Shown piece by piece: positions 57,067-64,000 of a stretch of 64,000 nt of DNA. Location: positions 17,980,001 through 18,044,000 of the forward strand of contig NC_043017.1 of assembly GCF_006345805.1 (NCBI RefSeq), written 5' to 3'. This DNA is from Octopus sinensis. Lineage: Eukaryota. The position numbers and the translations under genes are program-made. The notes beneath the pieces are model-generated. The model was not told the origin of the DNA. It searched no databases and was given only the letters and a program-made list of their open reading frames with translations. Each line of letters begins with the position of its first letter. Position 1 is the first letter of the stretch.

Positions 57067-60000
57067 GTTAGTGTGTTTATATAATTAATTGGGTAAAATT
57101 TTGTTGGGCATCCCCACCTGACTTTGTCTCTAACTTCCAGAAAAATGGTTACTTTTTAGAGAAATTTTCGGTAAATATTCATAGTAATTCCCGCACGATT
57201 TTCACTAAGAAAAAAAAAAAAACTAGGATTTTTTGCGTAGTATCAACCCCGCTTCAGATGGTGTAGATTCCGATTGTATCGGAATTTGTTGTGAAAAATA
57301 TTTTTCTTTGGGTGAAAAGAGGAGTTTCGGAAGATTCACACAAGGTGGCCTTGTTTCCTCGTAACTTTAAGAAAAATGGGGATTTTTTCATGAAATTACA
57401 AAGTGTGTAAATTACAAATTATATCGGAAATTAGTGCAGAAAGAAAAATAATTGAGTACACACACATACTGATGCATAATTTACCTTCGTGGTATTTTCT
57501 AGGTGTATATGATGTGCGCAGGACCACTTTTCATTTTTTTTTTTTCATATTAAATTCCGATATAATCGTGACCTACACGCTGTGAAAGTTATTAATAGAA
57601 AATTTCATTAAAAAGTACCCATTTTTCGGAAAGTTACGAGTAAACAAAGCCTGCTCGTGGGAATTGCCGAAAATACATACTTCACTCTCTGAAAAAGAAT
57701 TTCAGCACATATTTTAATATATCAGAATCTACGCCATTTGAAGCATATTTGTAGAAAAATTCGTTAAAATGTATCCATTTTTCTAGAAGTTAGGAGGCAA
57801 CAAAGTTGGGGGTGGGGCGCACATGTGTAGGAATGTCTGGTTTGTTCTGATTGAGCTGATGTATCATGCAAAACATTCTGGTCGTGACCGTCCCATGCTT
57901 CTATTTCTCTCCAAATATATGTAGGATTACATCTATTTGTTTTTAAAGATGGTAAGATGTAATTTGAAGGATATTTGGCTGCTATTGCTAGCAAGTCAAG
58001 CAACTGCATAGGTATCCAGGCAATCTTTCGATAAAAGTAGCAAATTCATAGATAAATCAGTTGACTTATTTTGACATTTGTGCTACTTTTATCGAAAGTT
58101 TGCCAAAATGGGGCAGAAATTCATTGATTGGTCAATTACTTTGTTGATGAAAATCTAGTGAGAATTTACAAAAAAAAAGACAAAGACAGGTGTGTAAACA
58201 ACAAACAAATGTATTAGTTTAACGCTCAGGAACAACTGACAACTCCATGCAAATAGGACTTGTAAATGCACTGGCAGACCCTCTACTCCCCCCAATTACA
58301 CTCTTTCTGCAGGTACACGGTCAACACTGCTCCTGGTCCACTGCTTGGCACAGTCTCTCAATTTGTCCATTGTGAATCTTCTGTGTCTCCTGTGAGAAAT
58401 TGGCTGCCATAATCAACACTTCATCACCACCTGTCTCCACCAAGGTTCATCCCACCATCATTCCAGCCTTCATCTTACACTGTCTGTCATCCCCAGATAG
58501 CCATCAAATGAGCCATTCACACTACATTAGAGGAGTAATTCCGATCTCGGTGGAATCACTGTTATCCGTAATGCTCTCACCTTCTGTCAACACAAGTTTC
58601 TATCAACTTGTGGTGATAGAAACTCCATACATTGTACCCAGTGCAAGCTTTGGACACATAAGAGGTGCAGTAGTATCCCAGGAAGGTTAACAGAGAAAAT
58701 AGTCTTTGTGTGTGGCAAATGTGCAGGTACCATAAGCACTAAAAATGCACAGACAACAGACTCCCTCAAATGCTTGGGGATATCAGAAGTAGTAGAAAGC
58801 TTCTGTTACCTAGGCGATCAACTTAGCAGTGGAGGAGGAAGTTCTGAAAGTGTAGTTGCTAGAATAAGAATGGACTGGGCAAAATTCAGAGTGAAAGACA
58901 GATTGTGTGATGCCTGTGTACATACAGCTATGCTACATGGCAGTGAAAGATGGGCTTTGACTGTAGAGGATAATTTAAATGTGTGTACATCTATAGTATA
59001 TTCCTATGATGTGTTAACTCTGTTAGTTTTGATTTTCTCCTTGTAGTTTATCTTGAAACCTATGGTTGTCAGATGAATGTTAATGATACAGATATTGTCT
59101 GGTCAATATTGGAGAAGGAGGATTTTGAAAGAAGTTTTGATATCAAAAATGTAAGTTTAATCTGTTTTTTTTATATTTCTTCTCTTTTTTTAATGGCATC
59201 TAAAAATGCTTCCATACATAAATTATTGTCTGCTTAAGCTTCATTCAGACAAATTTCATTAAAAACTCTTGATAGTTATTGAAGATTAAACTGATTGAAA
59301 TTTTATGTTGATATGAATATTGTAAATATCTATATAATAAAAGCGAAATTGTGTCTGTCTATCTGGGACCCTTGTATCTCAGTCTACATTTGCTCTACAT
59401 AGACATATTATCCCAGGATTGAAAATCTGCTTTTCATTTGGTTCATTTGGTCACTGTGCATGCAGCTATGTGCTGCCATCTGTTGGCATGCTGCAAAACT
59501 AGCCTGGGAATTTTTTGATACCACTTCGTTTGTATTTATATTTATTTCCTGTATCCATTTTTGCCATCAGTGTGATGTAGCATTCCTGATGACCTGTTCT
59601 ATTCGAGAGGGAGCTGAAACTAAGATATGGAAACGTCTAGAATACTTGAACTTCTTAAAGAAGAAAAGAAAAAGAAACTCTATGAAAATTGGAATTTTGG
59701 GTATGTTGCAAAAAAAAAATTTTATCCAGTGTAAGTGAATTTTGAAATTTTGTTGAAAATATTTGATATAATGTGACTATATAAGGTGGAAAGTTTGAAT
59801 TGTTGCTCAAGCTATTGAACTGTGAGAATAAATTATGAGGGTAATTTGAAAATTATATGCACTCTTGTTTCTGTAATTCATTAAAGCAAAAGCTGGGATT
59901 GAACAAATACATACTTTTTCAACCTAGTTTCCTTGCTTTTCTAAAGTTGACTTCTTCCAGTGGTCCAACAAGCTTGCTTATTCCATCAGAGAAAGTTTAT

Positions 60001-61119
60001 GGTTGGTCACGCAGCCATTTATGCACCACTTCCTGTGTTTCTTTGTCCATAGCAAATCAACAACCTTGTAAAGGATGCCTGAGCAGTCCAAAGAGGTGAT
60101 AGTCAGATGGGGTGAGATCTGGACTGGATGAAGGATGTTTCAGAAACTCAGTTTTCCAATGGTTTCAACAATGTCAGTGGTTGTATGTGGACATGTGTTG
60201 TTGTGCAGCCACAACACTTGCTTTGACAATAAACCTCATTGTTTGGTGTGAATTTCTGGTTTGAGTTTGTTGGCCAGCATTTCATTGTAGCCTATACTGG
60301 TGACTGTAGACTCCCTTTCCAGATAATGTTCCAGTATAGGCTCTTTTGCACCCCACAAAACGGCTAGCATCACTTTTTCTGCAGAAGTTTAGTCTTGAAT
60401 TTCTTTTCTGCTGGCTATTCCAGGTGTTTCCACTTCATACTCTCCCTTTTGGAATCTGGCTCAGTGATGGACCCAGGTCTCAACTCCTATAACAATTCTC
60501 TCCAAAAAAAAGCTTTGTTTTCATCATTGTAATGGTCAAATTGGTATTGACATATTTCCATGCAATTGTATTCATGCACTTCAGTGATGCTCTTTTGGCA
60601 CCTGTCTCACACAGACTTATCTGATCGTGGCCGTTGCCAGCCTCGTCTGGTCTCCGTGCCGGTGGCACGTGAAAATCACCATCCAATCGTGGCCAGGTAA
60701 AAACAGATCATGAGGGTATAGCTATGTGCATAGTAGCTAGAATAGAAGTAGGTTATGGTGGTATGAATAAGTGATGTAGTCAACAGTAGCTAGAATAGGG
60801 TTGTCATGACTTGTGATGACAGCCTGAGTGGTATGGATATGTGATGATAGTGAGTGGTAGCTAAAGTTGGTGTAGGTTATGATGCTAATAGCTAGTAACT
60901 ACAACAAAAATAGGTCATGGTGGCATACTCTTTTTACTCTTTTACTTGTTTCAGTCATTTGACTGCGGCCATGCTGGAGCACCGCCTTTAGTCGAGCAAA
61001 TCGACCCCAGGACTTATTCTTTGTAAGCCTAGTACTTATTCTATCGGTCTCTTTTGCCAAACCGCTAAGTTAAACACACTACCATCGGTTGCCAAGCGAT
61101 GTTAGGGATACAAACACAG

Positions 61120-61176
<57 letters not shown>

Positions 61177-63251
61177 TACAAAGGGCTTCTTTCAGTTTCC
61201 GTCTACCAAATTCACTCACAAGGCTTTGGTCGGCCCAAGGCTATAGTAGAAGACACTTGCCCAAGGTGCCAGGCAGTGGGACTGAACCCGGAACCATGTG
61301 GTTGGTAAGCAAGCTACTTACCACACAGCCACTCCTGCACCTTGTAAGCATGGTCATGTCATGCTTACAAGTAATAGCTAAATCAGTGTTGTAGACTCTA
61401 GAGAAGTAGAGTTTGATATGAGCTTGAATGGTAAGTAAAGTAAAGGCAGTTCTTAACGGTGTGACCTTGTAATAGCAGATGATGGTAGATAAAATAGAAA
61501 TATGTTGTGATGACATCAGTAAGACGTAAATGGTAAAAACTGTTTACTGGGGAAGGGATTGGTCATAGTGGTTTTGATACAGAAATTTAGTGGATGGTAT
61601 CATTAATATTAATGTTTGATGATGACATATTGATAATGGTAAGATAATGAGATTTAACTCAGTATTTCAATGCAAGGTTCTATGTCATAGGATGTATGGC
61701 AGAGCGGCTGAAAACCAAGATTCTGGAACAAAGCAAGGCTGTTGATATTGTTTGTGGTCCTGATGCATATCGAGATCTCCCTCACCTTTTGGCAGTTTCC
61801 TATGAAGGGCAGACTGCAGGTAAGTAAGATTGCTATCAATTATTCTTTGATGGGCTTCTTTCACTTTCCATCTACTAAATCCACTTCTATATCTCTTGTT
61901 GGCCTGAGGCTATAGCAGAAGACACTTGCCCCCAATATATGTGCATGGTGATGGAAGGGGTGTGTCTTTTTGTCTTGACATTATGTGATAGTTGTAAACA
62001 AATGTCAGTGTCATACAACCAGTATCATTTGATTCTAATCTTCTATGAAAGCTTTTAGGAAATATTACCTTGTTTAGAAACATAAGGGTTGGGGTAGGAA
62101 GAGGACATCTGTCTGATGTACTTCAGCAGATTTTGTCAGGCCTATGTAAGCATGGAAAAGTGAACAATGATAATGATACACACACACACACACCAGTATT
62201 ATCTGGTAAATTACTGCTTGATAAGTGTTTTGTTTCAAAGCTAAACCATACGATAGAATATGTCTGTAGATTTTCAGTGAACACCATATGTATAGATAGA
62301 TATAAACAGCTTATCAGTATCTTCTTGGGCAGGAAAAAACGATGTCATCCAGATTAGTTCCACACTTGTGTTGGGATCTCATCAGCAACTGCATACCCTA
62401 TTGGTAGAATCATTGTATTTCAGACAAATTGTCTTCTTGTATATTTGTTCCAGCTCTCTATGGCCTGAGTTTCAACACTGCTGGGGTCAACTTTGTCTTT
62501 CATTCTTCTGGAAGTCAATAAAATAAAGCACCCAGTCAAATTCTAGTTCCTTCTCGAGCCATGCCTGGCTCATAAGGGCCGGTTTTCCCGGTTTCTTGGT
62601 GTATAGGTCCCCCACCTGGACGGGACGCCGGTCCATCGCAGGTGAGCTGCAAGATGCATGAGGAAAGAATGAGAGAAAGTTGTGGCGAAAGAGTCAGCAG
62701 AAGTTTCGCCATTACCTTCTGCCGGAGCTGCGTGGAGCTTAGGTGTTTCGCTCATAAACACACACACTGTCCGGTCTGAGATTCAAACCCACGATCCCTC
62801 AACCGTGAGTCCGCTGCTCTAACCACTAGGCCATGTGTCTCCACATCAAATTCTAGGGTTGATTGTAATTTACTATTCTCCCTCCCCCAAATAACATAGG
62901 CATTGTGCATATGTTAGAAACTATTGTTAATTATTATGACACTAAACTGACAAAAACCAGGTAGTAATAAACTAAATGTTGAAGTTCATAAAATAAGTAT
63001 CAGTAACATACTCAAGGACCAATGTATTTCACTGTTATAGCCTCCAGAAATTTGTCACCTTGTGCCAATGCTTGAAATTTAATATGTGGTAATGATTAAA
63101 GAAACCAAAATTGATTTTGTAGCATTTGGGAAACTGAAAATTTGATTTAATTTTCTGTTTTATTTTTAGTGAATGTTCTATTGTCTTTGGAAGAAACTTA
63201 TGCTGATATTATGCCAGTTCATGTTAATAACACCAGTAAATCTGCTTTTGT
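56736..63251 (+). CDS. CDK5RAP1: Mitochondrial tRNA 2-methylthiotransferase (MiaB-type radical SAM enzyme), first five exons; gene continues beyond the window
   Basis: Exons 56736-57066, 59047-59150, 59571-59700, 61691-61819 and 63170-63251 have consistent phases (1,0,1,1). The UPF0004 Fe-S ligand motifs [20 protein letters not shown] and GCMAERL are present, plus GPDAYRDLP and [14 protein letters not shown]. These are MiaB/CDK5RAP1-type, not CDKAL1-type. Confidence 0.95.
58230..58980 (+). mobile_element. Decayed RTE LINE fragment in CDK5RAP1 intron 1
   Basis: [26 protein letters not shown] and RLCDACVH in ORF 58708..59046. Confidence 0.8.
59047..59150 (+). CDS. CDK5RAP1: CDK5RAP1 exon 2 ([22 protein letters not shown]...)
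   Basis: Acceptor TTCTCCTTGTAG, donor GTAAGT. Confidence 0.96.
59571..59700 (+). CDS. CDK5RAP1: CDK5RAP1 exon 3 ([16 protein letters not shown]...KIGIL)
   Basis: Within ORF 59460..59738; acceptor CCATCAG, donor G|GTATGT. Confidence 0.96.
59900..60590 (-). mobile_element. Decayed mariner transposase in CDK5RAP1 intron 3
   Basis: Minus strand encodes [15 protein letters not shown] and a downstream VHKWLRDQP-like segment. Confidence 0.75.
60928..61335 (-). mobile_element. tRNA-derived CORE-like SINE in CDK5RAP1 intron 3
   Basis: Reverse complement of the 38190 family. Confidence 0.88.
61691..61819 (+). CDS. CDK5RAP1: CDK5RAP1 exon 4 ([12 protein letters not shown]...[12 protein letters not shown])
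   Basis: Read manually; acceptor CATAG, donor G|GTAAGT. Confidence 0.96.
62547..62845 (-). mobile_element. tRNA-derived SINE, same family as the 22415 copy
   Basis: High similarity to 22415-22720; 11-bp TSD TCAAATTCTAG. Confidence 0.9.
63170..63251 (+). CDS. CDK5RAP1: CDK5RAP1 exon 5 ([28 protein letters not shown])
   Basis: Acceptor TTTTATTTTTAG, donor GT|GTAAGT. Confidence 0.95.
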
Positions 63252-63419
63252 GTAAGTTTAATGTTTTTATTTAAAGTAATATATCTTCTTTAATTAACAG
63301 TGTTCCTTTTGACATCTACAAACTTCACTGTATTACTTCACTGTATTCTGGCATAGAAGACTACCACCACTCTCTTCTTAGACCTTGTCTTTTATTTAGC
63401 TGTTTTGATTGTAAGGAGA

Positions 63420-64000
63420 TTATGTAAGAATATTGACCACAGCAGCGGTTTTCAAACATTTTATATTGAACTGGAGATCAAAATTACTGTTGAACTTTGC
63501 CAGGATGTGACAGTAAATGGAAGGCATCAAGAACAGAGCGCTGGTGGTTCCCAGGTACAAACAGTCTGGGAGAACCAGTAGCTGTGTCACAAAGAATGGT
63601 GCCTTCAGCAGTCGGAAGTGGGAGATAGGCAAACTTGCAACAGGACAACTTGGTAGAAGCTAAATCCAAAGTGTCCAGAGCTGGCTGATCCTGCACAATG
63701 GCAGTTAAATCGATTGCAGCAGGAGATGAAAGGGAGCACACAAGAAGACGAGAGAGTGCGTCAGCAGGCATGTACTCTGTTCCAGCTATGTGCCGAATGT
63801 CACTTGTGAACTGGGAAATGTAGTCCAGGTGATGAAAAGCATGAGGCGAGTGTATGTCCGATTTAGATGACAGAGCAAACATAAGAGGCTTGTGATCAGT
63901 ATAAATCACAAAATCTCGGCCCTCAAATTGATGTTGAAAATGCCGAACTGACAGGTAGATCTGTCAGAAACCTGTAATCAATAATGATACTGTGCACCAA
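63420..64000 (-). mobile_element. Ty3/Gypsy RNase H to integrase-linker fragment in CDK5RAP1 intron 5
   Basis: IYTDHKPL...ISQFTSDIRHIAG...ADALSR (ORF 63484..63909). Confidence 0.92.

Noticed and set aside
56736-63251. CDKAL1/MtaB identity, which would pair directly with t6A
   Set aside because: The TCSIRE and GPDAYRDLP motifs and the transit peptide identify the MiaB/CDK5RAP1 subfamily.

Overview
AT-rich, repeat-dense animal genomic DNA. The tRNA-derived SINEs, RTE LINE 3'-end repeats and microsatellites point to a cephalopod, most likely Octopus (inference). Three spliced nuclear genes with mitochondria-linked products can be reconstructed exon by exon, with consistent intron phases: HINT2 (minus; CDS 38837-28743, 171 aa, plus a probable 5'UTR exon ending at 41404), YRDC (minus; CDS 54926-47904, 243 aa) and the first five exons of CDK5RAP1 (plus; from 56736, running off the window). 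YRDC and CDK5RAP1 lie head to head, about 1.8 kb apart ATG to ATG, and both act on tRNA A37. The rest is introns and intergenic DNA filled with decayed mariner, RTE, Tx1/L1, R4/Dong-like, Penelope, Gypsy and MULE remnants, SINEs and MITEs. No host gene could be established in 1-27.4 kb. Main leads: a canonical-core type I hammerhead ribozyme in sense orientation in YRDC intron 3; two further Penelope-type hammerhead motifs; the HINT2-YRDC-CDK5RAP1 cluster; a GGATC-terminus MITE family seen only around the two promoter regions; dual start codons in YRDC; and uORFs in HINT2 and CDK5RAP1.
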